From NCBI GenBank assembly GCA_964016885.1, contig CAXHJY010000031.1:186001-250000 (forward strand): a stretch of 64,000 bases of DNA. The letters are read 5' to 3'. The notes beneath the pieces are model-generated. The model saw nothing but the letters and a program-made list of their open reading frames with translations, was not told where the DNA came from and ran no database searches. The translations under genes were made by a program, and so were the position numbers. Within the stretch, counting starts at the first letter, position 1. Each line of letters starts with the position of its first letter. This document shows, piece by piece, positions 11,681 through 25,849 of this stretch. This DNA comes from Eledone cirrhosa. Its lineage: Eukaryota.

Positions 11681-14600
11681 ATGTATATATATGTATGTAT
11701 ATATTTGTCCTGGGTATGACATTAAACTACATCCAGTGGCAAGGCTCAAGTTCAGGAGGAACTGTGGGGAACATGGAGTTACCCCCTTAGTTGTCATAAC
11801 TCCCAGGTCTGCTCTGGCCTGGTGTAGTAGTACCTGTTGGGGCCCCATTTATAGGTTAAATAATAAGATGACAGATCGGCGTACCCTATCAAAGGCCTTC
11901 TCTAGGTCAACAAAGGCTAAGTATAGTGGCTTATTTTTCTCTAAGAACCTCTCTTGTAATTGTCTCATCAAGAAGAGGGCATCTGTTGTACTATTCCCAG
12001 GCACAAAACCAAACTGCATCTCATCTAGTTTGACCCTTTCTCTAATTAGTTGTGCTAATATCCTTTCTGCCACTTTCATAACCTGATCCATCAGTTTTAT
12101 ATCCCTATAATTTCTCCTCTCAAGAGCGTCCCCTTTACTTTTGCACTAGTCTTTGGGTATGACACTGCCATATATAGCCTGATTGATGATGTGTGCAACC
12201 AGTTTAGTGCCTACGTCCCCTGAGGCCTTCAGCATCTCAGCAACTATCTCCGATGGTCCAGCAGCCTCACCATTTTTCAATTCCTTAATCGCCTCTTGGA
12301 CCCTATATTCGTTAATCTCAATTTTAAATGGACCTCTTGATAAGACGAAATGACCTGTATAATTTTTTTTTCATATTTAGATGGAATAGAAGAAAAAGAA
12401 GAGAAATGAAAGCAATGAAATTAAGTTTTAGAGAAAATATACGCCAACGACAATGGAGGTATGATTTCAGTTTAATCTTAACCTAATGACCACTTTACAG
12501 AGTGTACTGGGTGTGTCTTACCTCGCTATGTTTACTGTAAACCCTAGATAACGAATGCCTTGTTGAGTGTTGTGAATTGTGAACGTGAGGTTGTGTTGTG
12601 GGGTTGCTTGGTGAGGTTGCATAAGAAGGGTGTTGTGAGTTTGCATTATGATGTAGCTTTGTGAGGCTTTGTTGTGAATTGATAAATATTTGAAAACACA
12701 CCTCTGTCCCCTCAACAGTCAGTCAGTCATTTTCTACTAAAACTCATTGATGCGAGTCCCTAGCATTGTATCTGTAAGTACATTATGACTATTTTCTCTT
12801 GGTGGACTTGACATTCAAAGATATTTGTATATATTTTGTTGATGTTGTTTGTTAGTTAGGAAATTGCTTAAAAGCTACTTTGATCACAGCACTTTGTAAA
12901 GGCAACATATGTTTAAGATTCTTTTTTTCTTTTATTTTTGTTATTCAGATGACAGAGAAGGCAAAGAAAGGCACAGAAGAAAAGAACAATGACGATTATT
13001 ATTATTATTATTACTATTATTATTTGTTTTATTATAATCAAAATATGCTGTTAGTTTGCCTGCTATCCCACTACGTGCCTGCTATCGCACTCGATCTTTT
13101 GTGTACGTTTTATATAATTTATGCCAGTTCCGTTTCTGCATATCGAACATGGCCATTTCCCTGACGGAATAGAGTTTTGTCCTCTTTTCTACTCATCAAC
13201 ACTCATTCGTGACACAAAGTACAGCGGCATCATTGCGGACAGACTTAATCCCGATTTGCACTGACACACTGCCTTGCAGTACGGAACAGCGCACGTCGTC
13301 GAGCAGCCTCCTTGCATGCTAAGTACACCTGACGTCTAGCTTCTCTCTTAGCGGCTGTATATTCTTCTCTACTCGCACTAATTTTGCAAGCATTCCATGC
13401 TAGTCTTTAGTCTCCAATGGCCCGATCTACCGTGCTGTCCCACCACCATGTCACTCTCTGTCTGGTTGGAACTCTGATCCAGCCACAAGTTTCATCAGTA
13501 ACCTGCAGTAAGGTATCGCATAAGAAATTCCAGTTATCATCTATGTTGTACGACTCTAAATCGTCTTCTTTTTCATCATACACATATTGAAGGGCTTTCC
13601 TAAATTTGTATTTTAGTGAGAGCTCTTTTAGCTTCCAGACCTTTCTTTTTTCCACACCTTCCTGTATGTCTCATTCAGTCTCTTGCTTAATGAGATATCA
13701 CTAACGACTAACCTATGCTGTGGGGTACATTCTTCCCCGGGGTATGCCTTTGCATTTGACACCATCTGCCTGTCCCGCTGCCTAACTAGCAAGAAGTCAA
13801 TCTGGCTTATGTGCTTGCCTGATTTGTAGGTTATTAGGTGGTTGGCAGATTTGTGTAAGTTAGTGTTGTAGATGGTTAGTGCAATTGCATTGCAAAATTC
13901 AAGAAGTTTCACTGCTTCATTTCTTAAGCCGTAAGTGTGCCCAACATGTACCTCAGTGTAACCATCGTAGAGCTGTCCAACATGACCATTGAAATCCCCT
14001 GCTAGCATAACGATGTCTCCGTCCTGTCATTGTGGCTGTTTGTAAAAATTGCTTGTAAATGCAGAATTTCTTGTCTTTACCTAGCAGCAGTTTCTTGCTC
14101 TCAATTAACCCTAAAACTAGCCGTAACGCTAACAGTAACACTAACCGTAACACTAACTTATGCAGGCCTAGGTAAAGACGAGAAAGATAAAACAAGGAGT
14201 GATGCTATTTGAATTTTGTGATGCAAGTGTTTTAACCATTTGCAAAACCAACTTCCGCAAACCTGCCAACTGCCTAATAACCTACAAATTAGGCAAGCAC
14301 AGAAGCCGGATTTCTCGGTAGTTAGGCAGCGAGACAGACAGATGGTGTGAAGTACCAGGGTGTGCCCCGGGGAGGACTGTTTCCCACAGCGTGGGTTGGT
14401 TGTTGGTGATGTCTCGGTGATCCTGAGACGGAGTGAGGAGGGTGTTTATAGGTAAATAGATAGACTGATGCACAGATATCTGGATAGATTGATAGAGAGA
14501 TAGATATATAGAGAGCATCATTATCATCGTCTGTTCATCATTTTACGTCCGCTTTTCCCTGCTTGAAAGGGTGGGACAGGTCCTCTTGAGCAAAGCATCT

Positions 14601-14999
14601 CTTCACTTGTCACGGTCCTTCGTCATCTCCTTGGTGAGTTTCAGCGATCTGAAGTCGGCTCTCACCACCTCCACCCATGTTTTTCGTGGTCTTCCTCTAC
14701 TGCGTCTCCCTTCTTTACCCAGCGCTCAACCTCCATGCGCATCACATGCCCATACCATCTCAGTCCTCTCTTGCACACCACAACTTATCCCTCTTAAACA
14801 CAGTTTCTCTCTCAACTCGTTTATGCTTGGTCGTTCCCGCACATTGACATTGCACATCCAACGGAGCGTGCTTGCTTCATTTCTCTCCAGCCATCGCATA
14901 CCCTCTGCAGTTGCTGTCCATGTTTCACTACCATGCAGGGTCGCACATCTCGCATAGGCATCATGTAACCACACTTTCGTACGCATATATATATTTGTA

Positions 15000-15042
<43 letters not shown>

Positions 15043-18000
15043 ATGTATATATATGTATGTATATATTTGTCCTGGGTATGACATTAAACTACATCCAGTG
15101 GCAAGGCTCAAGTTCAGGAGGAACTGTGGGGAACATGGAGTTACCCCCTTAGTTGTCATAACTCCCAGGTCTGCTCTGGCCTGGTGTAGTAGTACCTGTT
15201 GGGGCCCCATTTATAGGTTAAATAATAAGATGACAGATCGGCGTACCCTATCAAAGGCCTTCTCTAGGTCAACAAAGGCTAAGTATAGTGGCTTATTTTT
15301 CTCTAAGAACCTCTCTTGTAATTGTCTCATCAAGAAGAGGGCATCTGTTGTACTATTCCCAGGCACAAAACCAAACTGCATCTCATCTAGTTTGACCCTT
15401 TCTCTAATTAGTTGTGCTAATATCCTTTCTGCCACTTTCATAACCTGATCCATCAGTTTTATATCCCTATAATTTCTCCTCTCAAGAGCGTCCCCTTTAC
15501 TTTTGCACTAGTCTTTGGGTATGACACTGCCATATATAGCCTGATTGATGATGTGTGCAACCAGTTTAGTGCCTACGTCCCCTGAGGCCTTCAGCATCTC
15601 AGCAACTATCTCCGATGGTCCAGCAGCCTCACCATTTTTCAATTCCTTAATCGCCTCTTGGACCCTATATTCGTTAATCTCAATTTTAAATGGACCTCTT
15701 GATAAGACGAAATGACCTGTATAATTTTTTTTTCATATTTAGATGGAATAGAAGAAAAAGAAGAGAAATGAAAGCAATGAAATTAAGTTTTAGAGAAAAT
15801 ATACGCCAACGACAATGGAGGTATGATTTCAGTTTAATCTTAACCTAATGACCACTTTACAGAGTGTACTGGGTGTGTCTTACCTCGCTATGTTTACTGT
15901 AAACCCTAGATAACGAATGCCTTGTTGAGTGTTGTGAATTGTGAACGTGAGGTTGTGTTGTGGGGTTGCTTGGTGAGGTTGCATAAGAAGGGTGTTGTGA
16001 GTTTGCATTATGATGTAGCTTTGTGAGGCTTTGTTGTGAATTGATAAATATTTGAAAACACACCTCTGTCCCCTCAACAGTCAGTCAGTCATTTTCTACT
16101 AAAACTCATTGATGCGAGTCCCTAGCATTGTATCTGTAAGTACATTATGACTATTTTCTCTTGGTGGACTTGACATTCAAAGATATTTGTATATATTTTG
16201 TTGATGTTGTTTGTTAGTTAGGAAATTGCTTAAAAGCTACTTTGATCACAGCACTTTGTAAAGGCAACATATGTTTAAGATTCTTTTTTTCTTTTATTTT
16301 TGTTATTCAGATGACAGAGAAGGCAAAGAAAGGCACAGAAGAAAAGAACAATGACGATTATTATTATTATTATTACTATTATTATTTGTTTTATTATAAT
16401 CAAAATATGCTGTTAGTTTGCCTGCTATCCCACTACGTGCCTGCTATCGCACTCGATCTTTTGTGTACGTTTTATATAATTTATGCCAGTTCCGTTTCTG
16501 CATATCGAACATGGCCATTTCCCTGACGGAATAGAGTTTTGTCCTCTTTTCTACTCATCAACACTCATTCGTGACACAAAGTACAGCGGCATCATTGCGG
16601 ACAGACTTAATCCCGATTTGCACTGACACACTGCCTTGCAGTACGGAACAGCGCACGTCGTCGAGCAGCCTCCTTGCATGCTAAGTACACCTGACGTCTA
16701 GCTTCTCTCTTAGCGGCTGTATATTCTTCTCTACTCGCACTAATTTTGCAAGCATTCCATGCTAGTCTTTAGTCTCCAATGGCCCGATCTACCGTGCTGT
16801 CCCACCACCATGTCACTCTCTGTCTGGTTGGAACTCTGATCCAGCCACAAGTTTCATCAGTAACCTGCAGTAAGGTATCGCATAAGAAATTCCAGTTATC
16901 ATCTATGTTGTACGACTCTAAATCGTCTTCTTTTTCATCATACACATATTGAAGGGCTTTCCTAAATTTGTATTTTAGTGAGAGCTCTTTTAGCTTCCAG
17001 ACCTTTCTTTTTTCCACACCTTCCTGTATGTCTCATTCAGTCTCTTGCTTAATGAGATATCACTAACGACTAACCTATGCTGTGGGGTACATTCTTCCCC
17101 GGGGTATGCCTTTGCATTTGACACCATCTGCCTGTCCCGCTGCCTAACTAGCAAGAAGTCAATCTGGCTTATGTGCTTGCCTGATTTGTAGGTTATTAGG
17201 TGGTTGGCAGATTTGTGTAAGTTAGTGTTGTAGATGGTTAGTGCAATTGCATTGCAAAATTCAAGAAGTTTCACTGCTTCATTTCTTAAGCCGTAAGTGT
17301 GCCCAACATGTACCTCAGTGTAACCATCGTAGAGCTGTCCAACATGACCATTGAAATCCCCTGCTAGCATAACGATGTCTCCGTCCTGTCATTGTGGCTG
17401 TTTGTAAAAATTGCTTGTAAATGCAGAATTTCTTGTCTTTACCTAGCAGCAGTTTCTTGCTCTCAATTAACCCTAAAACTAGCCGTAACGCTAACAGTAA
17501 CACTAACCGTAACACTAACTTATGCAGGCCTAGGTAAAGACGAGAAAGATAAAACAAGGAGTGATGCTATTTGAATTTTGTGATGCAAGTGTTTTAACCA
17601 TTTGCAAAACCAACTTCCGCAAACCTGCCAACTGCCTAATAACCTACAAATTAGGCAAGCACAGAAGCCGGATTTCTCGGTAGTTAGGCAGCGAGACAGA
17701 CAGATGGTGTGAAGTACCAGGGTGTGCCCCGGGGAGGACTGTTTCCCACAGCGTGGGTTGGTTGTTGGTGATGTCTCGGTGATCCTGAGACGGAGTGAGG
17801 AGGGTGTTTATAGGTAAATAGATAGACTGATGCACAGATATCTGGATAGATTGATAGAGAGATAGATATATAGAGAGCATCATTATCATCGTCTGTTCAT
17901 CATTTTACGTCCGCTTTTCCCTGCTTGAAAGGGTGGGACAGGTCCTCTTGAGCAAAGCATCTCTTCACTTGTCACGGTCCTTCGTCATCTCCTTGGTGAG

Positions 18001-18361
18001 TTTCAGCGATCTGAAGTCGGCTCTCACCACCTCCACCCATGTTTTTCGTGGTCTTCCTCTACTGCGTCTCCCTTCTTTACCCAGCGCTCAACCTCCATGC
18101 GCATCACATGCCCATACCATCTCAGTCCTCTCTTGCACACCACAACTTATCCCTCTTAAACACAGTTTCTCTCTCAACTCGTTTATGCTTGGTCGTTCCC
18201 GCACATTGACATTGCACATCCAACGGAGCGTGCTTGCTTCATTTCTCTCCAGCCATCGCATACCCTCTGCAGTTGCTGTCCATGTTTCACTACCATGCAG
18301 GGTCGCACATCTCGCATAGGCATCATGTAACCACACTTTCGTACGCATATATATATTTGTA

Positions 18362-18404
<43 letters not shown>

Positions 18405-21400
18405 ATGTATATATATGTATGTATATATTTGTCCTGGGTATGACATTAAACTACATCCAGTGGCAAGGCTCAAGTTCAGGAGGAACTGTGGGGAACATGG
18501 AGTTACCCCCTTAGTTGTCATAACTCCCAGGTCTGCTCTGGCCTGGTGTAGTAGTACCTGTTGGGGCCCCATTTATAGGTTAAATAATAAGATGACAGAT
18601 CGGCGTACCCTATCAAAGGCCTTCTCTAGGTCAACAAAGGCTAAGTATAGTGGCTTATTTTTCTCTAAGAACCTCTCTTGTAATTGTCTCATCAAGAAGA
18701 GGGCATCTGTTGTACTATTCCCAGGCACAAAACCAAACTGCATCTCATCTAGTTTGACCCTTTCTCTAATTAGTTGTGCTAATATCCTTTCTGCCACTTT
18801 CATAACCTGATCCATCAGTTTTATATCCCTATAATTTCTCCTCTCAAGAGCGTCCCCTTTACTTTTGCACTAGTCTTTGGGTATGACACTGCCATATATA
18901 GCCTGATTGATGATGTGTGCAACCAGTTTAGTGCCTACGTCCCCTGAGGCCTTCAGCATCTCAGCAACTATCTCCGATGGTCCAGCAGCCTCACCATTTT
19001 TCAATTCCTTAATCGCCTCTTGGACCCTATATTCGTTAATCTCAATTTTAAATGGACCTCTTGATAAGACGAAATGACCTGTATAATTTTTTTTTCATAT
19101 TTAGATGGAATAGAAGAAAAAGAAGAGAAATGAAAGCAATGAAATTAAGTTTTAGAGAAAATATACGCCAACGACAATGGAGGTATGATTTCAGTTTAAT
19201 CTTAACCTAATGACCACTTTACAGAGTGTACTGGGTGTGTCTTACCTCGCTATGTTTACTGTAAACCCTAGATAACGAATGCCTTGTTGAGTGTTGTGAA
19301 TTGTGAACGTGAGGTTGTGTTGTGGGGTTGCTTGGTGAGGTTGCATAAGAAGGGTGTTGTGAGTTTGCATTATGATGTAGCTTTGTGAGGCTTTGTTGTG
19401 AATTGATAAATATTTGAAAACACACCTCTGTCCCCTCAACAGTCAGTCAGTCATTTTCTACTAAAACTCATTGATGCGAGTCCCTAGCATTGTATCTGTA
19501 AGTACATTATGACTATTTTCTCTTGGTGGACTTGACATTCAAAGATATTTGTATATATTTTGTTGATGTTGTTTGTTAGTTAGGAAATTGCTTAAAAGCT
19601 ACTTTGATCACAGCACTTTGTAAAGGCAACATATGTTTAAGATTCTTTTTTTCTTTTATTTTTGTTATTCAGATGACAGAGAAGGCAAAGAAAGGCACAG
19701 AAGAAAAGAACAATGACGATTATTATTATTATTATTACTATTATTATTTGTTTTATTATAATCAAAATATGCTGTTAGTTTGCCTGCTATCCCACTACGT
19801 GCCTGCTATCGCACTCGATCTTTTGTGTACGTTTTATATAATTTATGCCAGTTCCGTTTCTGCATATCGAACATGGCCATTTCCCTGACGGAATAGAGTT
19901 TTGTCCTCTTTTCTACTCATCAACACTCATTCGTGACACAAAGTACAGCGGCATCATTGCGGACAGACTTAATCCCGATTTGCACTGACACACTGCCTTG
20001 CAGTACGGAACAGCGCACGTCGTCGAGCAGCCTCCTTGCATGCTAAGTACACCTGACGTCTAGCTTCTCTCTTAGCGGCTGTATATTCTTCTCTACTCGC
20101 ACTAATTTTGCAAGCATTCCATGCTAGTCTTTAGTCTCCAATGGCCCGATCTACCGTGCTGTCCCACCACCATGTCACTCTCTGTCTGGTTGGAACTCTG
20201 ATCCAGCCACAAGTTTCATCAGTAACCTGCAGTAAGGTATCGCATAAGAAATTCCAGTTATCATCTATGTTGTACGACTCTAAATCGTCTTCTTTTTCAT
20301 CATACACATATTGAAGGGCTTTCCTAAATTTGTATTTTAGTGAGAGCTCTTTTAGCTTCCAGACCTTTCTTTTTTCCACACCTTCCTGTATGTCTCATTC
20401 AGTCTCTTGCTTAATGAGATATCACTAACGACTAACCTATGCTGTGGGGTACATTCTTCCCCGGGGTATGCCTTTGCATTTGACACCATCTGCCTGTCCC
20501 GCTGCCTAACTAGCAAGAAGTCAATCTGGCTTATGTGCTTGCCTGATTTGTAGGTTATTAGGTGGTTGGCAGATTTGTGTAAGTTAGTGTTGTAGATGGT
20601 TAGTGCAATTGCATTGCAAAATTCAAGAAGTTTCACTGCTTCATTTCTTAAGCCGTAAGTGTGCCCAACATGTACCTCAGTGTAACCATCGTAGAGCTGT
20701 CCAACATGACCATTGAAATCCCCTGCTAGCATAACGATGTCTCCGTCCTGTCATTGTGGCTGTTTGTAAAAATTGCTTGTAAATGCAGAATTTCTTGTCT
20801 TTACCTAGCAGCAGTTTCTTGCTCTCAATTAACCCTAAAACTAGCCGTAACGCTAACAGTAACACTAACCGTAACACTAACTTATGCAGGCCTAGGTAAA
20901 GACGAGAAAGATAAAACAAGGAGTGATGCTATTTGAATTTTGTGATGCAAGTGTTTTAACCATTTGCAAAACCAACTTCCGCAAACCTGCCAACTGCCTA
21001 ATAACCTACAAATTAGGCAAGCACAGAAGCCGGATTTCTCGGTAGTTAGGCAGCGAGACAGACAGATGGTGTGAAGTACCAGGGTGTGCCCCGGGGAGGA
21101 CTGTTTCCCACAGCGTGGGTTGGTTGTTGGTGATGTCTCGGTGATCCTGAGACGGAGTGAGGAGGGTGTTTATAGGTAAATAGATAGACTGATGCACAGA
21201 TATCTGGATAGATTGATAGAGAGATAGATATATAGAGAGCATCATTATCATCGTCTGTTCATCATTTTACGTCCGCTTTTCCCTGCTTGAAAGGGTGGGA
21301 CAGGTCCTCTTGAGCAAAGCATCTCTTCACTTGTCACGGTCCTTCGTCATCTCCTTGGTGAGTTTCAGCGATCTGAAGTCGGCTCTCACCACCTCCACCC

Positions 21401-21723
21401 ATGTTTTTCGTGGTCTTCCTCTACTGCGTCTCCCTTCTTTACCCAGCGCTCAACCTCCATGCGCATCACATGCCCATACCATCTCAGTCCTCTCTTGCAC
21501 ACCACAACTTATCCCTCTTAAACACAGTTTCTCTCTCAACTCGTTTATGCTTGGTCGTTCCCGCACATTGACATTGCACATCCAACGGAGCGTGCTTGCT
21601 TCATTTCTCTCCAGCCATCGCATACCCTCTGCAGTTGCTGTCCATGTTTCACTACCATGCAGGGTCGCACATCTCGCATAGGCATCATGTAACCACACTT
21701 TCGTACGCATATATATATTTGTA

Positions 21724-21766
<43 letters not shown>

Positions 21767-24700
21767 ATGTATATATATGTATGTATATATTTGTCCTGGG
21801 TATGACATTAAACTACATCCAGTGGCAAGGCTCAAGTTCAGGAGGAACTGTGGGGAACATGGAGTTACCCCCTTAGTTGTCATAACTCCCAGGTCTGCTC
21901 TGGCCTGGTGTAGTAGTACCTGTTGGGGCCCCATTTATAGGTTAAATAATAAGATGACAGATCGGCGTACCCTATCAAAGGCCTTCTCTAGGTCAACAAA
22001 GGCTAAGTATAGTGGCTTATTTTTCTCTAAGAACCTCTCTTGTAATTGTCTCATCAAGAAGAGGGCATCTGTTGTACTATTCCCAGGCACAAAACCAAAC
22101 TGCATCTCATCTAGTTTGACCCTTTCTCTAATTAGTTGTGCTAATATCCTTTCTGCCACTTTCATAACCTGATCCATCAGTTTTATATCCCTATAATTTC
22201 TCCTCTCAAGAGCGTCCCCTTTACTTTTGCACTAGTCTTTGGGTATGACACTGCCATATATAGCCTGATTGATGATGTGTGCAACCAGTTTAGTGCCTAC
22301 GTCCCCTGAGGCCTTCAGCATCTCAGCAACTATCTCCGATGGTCCAGCAGCCTCACCATTTTTCAATTCCTTAATCGCCTCTTGGACCCTATATTCGTTA
22401 ATCTCAATTTTAAATGGACCTCTTGATAAGACGAAATGACCTGTATAATTTTTTTTTCATATTTAGATGGAATAGAAGAAAAAGAAGAGAAATGAAAGCA
22501 ATGAAATTAAGTTTTAGAGAAAATATACGCCAACGACAATGGAGGTATGATTTCAGTTTAATCTTAACCTAATGACCACTTTACAGAGTGTACTGGGTGT
22601 GTCTTACCTCGCTATGTTTACTGTAAACCCTAGATAACGAATGCCTTGTTGAGTGTTGTGAATTGTGAACGTGAGGTTGTGTTGTGGGGTTGCTTGGTGA
22701 GGTTGCATAAGAAGGGTGTTGTGAGTTTGCATTATGATGTAGCTTTGTGAGGCTTTGTTGTGAATTGATAAATATTTGAAAACACACCTCTGTCCCCTCA
22801 ACAGTCAGTCAGTCATTTTCTACTAAAACTCATTGATGCGAGTCCCTAGCATTGTATCTGTAAGTACATTATGACTATTTTCTCTTGGTGGACTTGACAT
22901 TCAAAGATATTTGTATATATTTTGTTGATGTTGTTTGTTAGTTAGGAAATTGCTTAAAAGCTACTTTGATCACAGCACTTTGTAAAGGCAACATATGTTT
23001 AAGATTCTTTTTTTCTTTTATTTTTGTTATTCAGATGACAGAGAAGGCAAAGAAAGGCACAGAAGAAAAGAACAATGACGATTATTATTATTATTATTAC
23101 TATTATTATTTGTTTTATTATAATCAAAATATGCTGTTAGTTTGCCTGCTATCCCACTACGTGCCTGCTATCGCACTCGATCTTTTGTGTACGTTTTATA
23201 TAATTTATGCCAGTTCCGTTTCTGCATATCGAACATGGCCATTTCCCTGACGGAATAGAGTTTTGTCCTCTTTTCTACTCATCAACACTCATTCGTGACA
23301 CAAAGTACAGCGGCATCATTGCGGACAGACTTAATCCCGATTTGCACTGACACACTGCCTTGCAGTACGGAACAGCGCACGTCGTCGAGCAGCCTCCTTG
23401 CATGCTAAGTACACCTGACGTCTAGCTTCTCTCTTAGCGGCTGTATATTCTTCTCTACTCGCACTAATTTTGCAAGCATTCCATGCTAGTCTTTAGTCTC
23501 CAATGGCCCGATCTACCGTGCTGTCCCACCACCATGTCACTCTCTGTCTGGTTGGAACTCTGATCCAGCCACAAGTTTCATCAGTAACCTGCAGTAAGGT
23601 ATCGCATAAGAAATTCCAGTTATCATCTATGTTGTACGACTCTAAATCGTCTTCTTTTTCATCATACACATATTGAAGGGCTTTCCTAAATTTGTATTTT
23701 AGTGAGAGCTCTTTTAGCTTCCAGACCTTTCTTTTTTCCACACCTTCCTGTATGTCTCATTCAGTCTCTTGCTTAATGAGATATCACTAACGACTAACCT
23801 ATGCTGTGGGGTACATTCTTCCCCGGGGTATGCCTTTGCATTTGACACCATCTGCCTGTCCCGCTGCCTAACTAGCAAGAAGTCAATCTGGCTTATGTGC
23901 TTGCCTGATTTGTAGGTTATTAGGTGGTTGGCAGATTTGTGTAAGTTAGTGTTGTAGATGGTTAGTGCAATTGCATTGCAAAATTCAAGAAGTTTCACTG
24001 CTTCATTTCTTAAGCCGTAAGTGTGCCCAACATGTACCTCAGTGTAACCATCGTAGAGCTGTCCAACATGACCATTGAAATCCCCTGCTAGCATAACGAT
24101 GTCTCCGTCCTGTCATTGTGGCTGTTTGTAAAAATTGCTTGTAAATGCAGAATTTCTTGTCTTTACCTAGCAGCAGTTTCTTGCTCTCAATTAACCCTAA
24201 AACTAGCCGTAACGCTAACAGTAACACTAACCGTAACACTAACTTATGCAGGCCTAGGTAAAGACGAGAAAGATAAAACAAGGAGTGATGCTATTTGAAT
24301 TTTGTGATGCAAGTGTTTTAACCATTTGCAAAACCAACTTCCGCAAACCTGCCAACTGCCTAATAACCTACAAATTAGGCAAGCACAGAAGCCGGATTTC
24401 TCGGTAGTTAGGCAGCGAGACAGACAGATGGTGTGAAGTACCAGGGTGTGCCCCGGGGAGGACTGTTTCCCACAGCGTGGGTTGGTTGTTGTTGATGTCT
24501 CGGTGATCCTGAGACGGAGTGAGGAGGGTGTTTATAGGTAAATAGATAGACTGATGCACAGATATCTGGATAGATTGATAGAGAGATAGATATATAGAGA
24601 GCATCATTATCATCGTCTGTTCATCATTTTACGTCCGCTTTTCCCTGCTTGAAAGGGTGGGACAGGTCCTCTTGAGCAAAGCATCTCTTCACTTGTCACG

Positions 24701-25039
24701 GTCCTTCGTCATCTCCTTGGTGAGTTTCAGCGATCTGAAGTCGGCTCTCACCACCTCCACCCATGTTTTTCGTGGTCTTCCTCTACTGCGTCTCCCTTCT
24801 TTACCCAGCGCTCAACCTCCATGCGCATCACATGTCCATACCATCTCAGTCCTCTCTTGCACACCACAACTTATCCCTCTTAAACACAGTTTCTCTCTCA
24901 ACTCGTTTATGCTTGGTCGTTCCCGCACATTGACATTGCACATCCAACGGAGCGTGCTTGCTTCATTTCTCTCCAGCCATCGCATACCCTCTGCAGTTGC
25001 TGTCCATGTCTCACTACCATGCAGCATCGCGCATCTCAC

Positions 25040-25073
<34 letters not shown>

Positions 25074-25092
25074 GTACATACATATATATTAT

Positions 25093-25174
25093 GTCAGGTC
25101 ACCAGTTGGTGCTACTGGTAACATGTATCCCAGTACAACCTGTCTCCTGGTCGGGTCGTTGGCGACTAAACTGG
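25093..25174 (+). ncRNA. Candidate HDV-like self-cleaving ribozyme (P3/L3 imperfect)
   Basis: P1 gtcagg/cctggt, J1/2 hairpin accagt/actggt, P2 ccagt/actgg, CC-GG P1.1, P4 tcg/cga and J4/2 CUAA occur in the correct nested order. Confidence 0.55.
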
Positions 25175-25693
25175 CAACCCCACTAAGGTTTCTTGGTGAG
25201 GAGGGTGACTTTGGACATCCTGCAGGACTAAAAACAAAACCTGTCAAAGGGCAAAGGAGCTCTTAAGAGTCAATGGCCATCCAAAATCACCGGGAGAGAT
25301 GACCCCTTAGCCTGTGTCAAGGCAGAATTCTAGAAGGAAAACTCTGATATAACACCTGCAACCCTGATGGTATCCAATGATGTTGACTTGTTTTGCTTTT
25401 TGGTAAATATCATCTTGGTTAAGAGAGTGGGACTGGCTTTGTGCAGTGCCTTTGCTCACTATAAAAGCTTCACAGCACAGGCATTGCTTTATATCTGGAG
25501 ATCTCTCTGCACTCGTCGTCACATGGTACGATTGGCCCAGCACTGTCAATAATTGTCACAAGTGTAGTGTTTGTACCAGAGTTTTCAAGTCACTGGCTGG
25601 ACTAAAACGTCACACTCGTTCAGCCCATCGGTAGGGGTTCTCCTACATGGATATAAAGTAGGGGCCGTACTCGAAAAAGAGTTGGCAACCACC
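25093..25693 (+). mobile_element. Internally deleted RTE-type element (5'UTR-like region joined to a C-terminal zinc-finger 3' end), lying between TA microsatellites
   Basis: The 3' part encodes CSVCTRVFKSLAGLKRHTRSAH, a C2H2-like motif seen at RTE ORF ends. The 5' part is non-coding and structured. TA tracts flank both sides. Confidence 0.55.
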
Positions 25694-25750
25694 ATATATA
25701 TGTATATATGTATATATTTATATGTATGTATATATGCATATATTTGTATG

Positions 25751-25789
<39 letters not shown>

Positions 25790-25849
25790 TTCTGGCTTTC
25801 TCTTATTTTCACTCACTCCTCCGCTAGCTCACTTCCTTCCTCGTCCGTA

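Larger units (their letters stand above)
1..25038. repeat. Subtelomeric tandem macrosatellite, period 3362 bp, about 7.4 copies visible (continues left of the window)
   Basis: The sequence and every ORF recur at exact +3362 offsets (unit starts 1, 3363, 6725, 10087, 13449, 16811, 20173, 23535). Only a handful of SNPs are visible. Similarity ends at about 25038. Confidence 0.99.

Noticed and set aside
1-25038. Active telomere-maintaining retrotransposon array (HeT-A/TART-like)
   Set aside because: All units share the same inactivating lesions and lack the YADD region, and a normal TTAGGG telomere is present 38 kb away.
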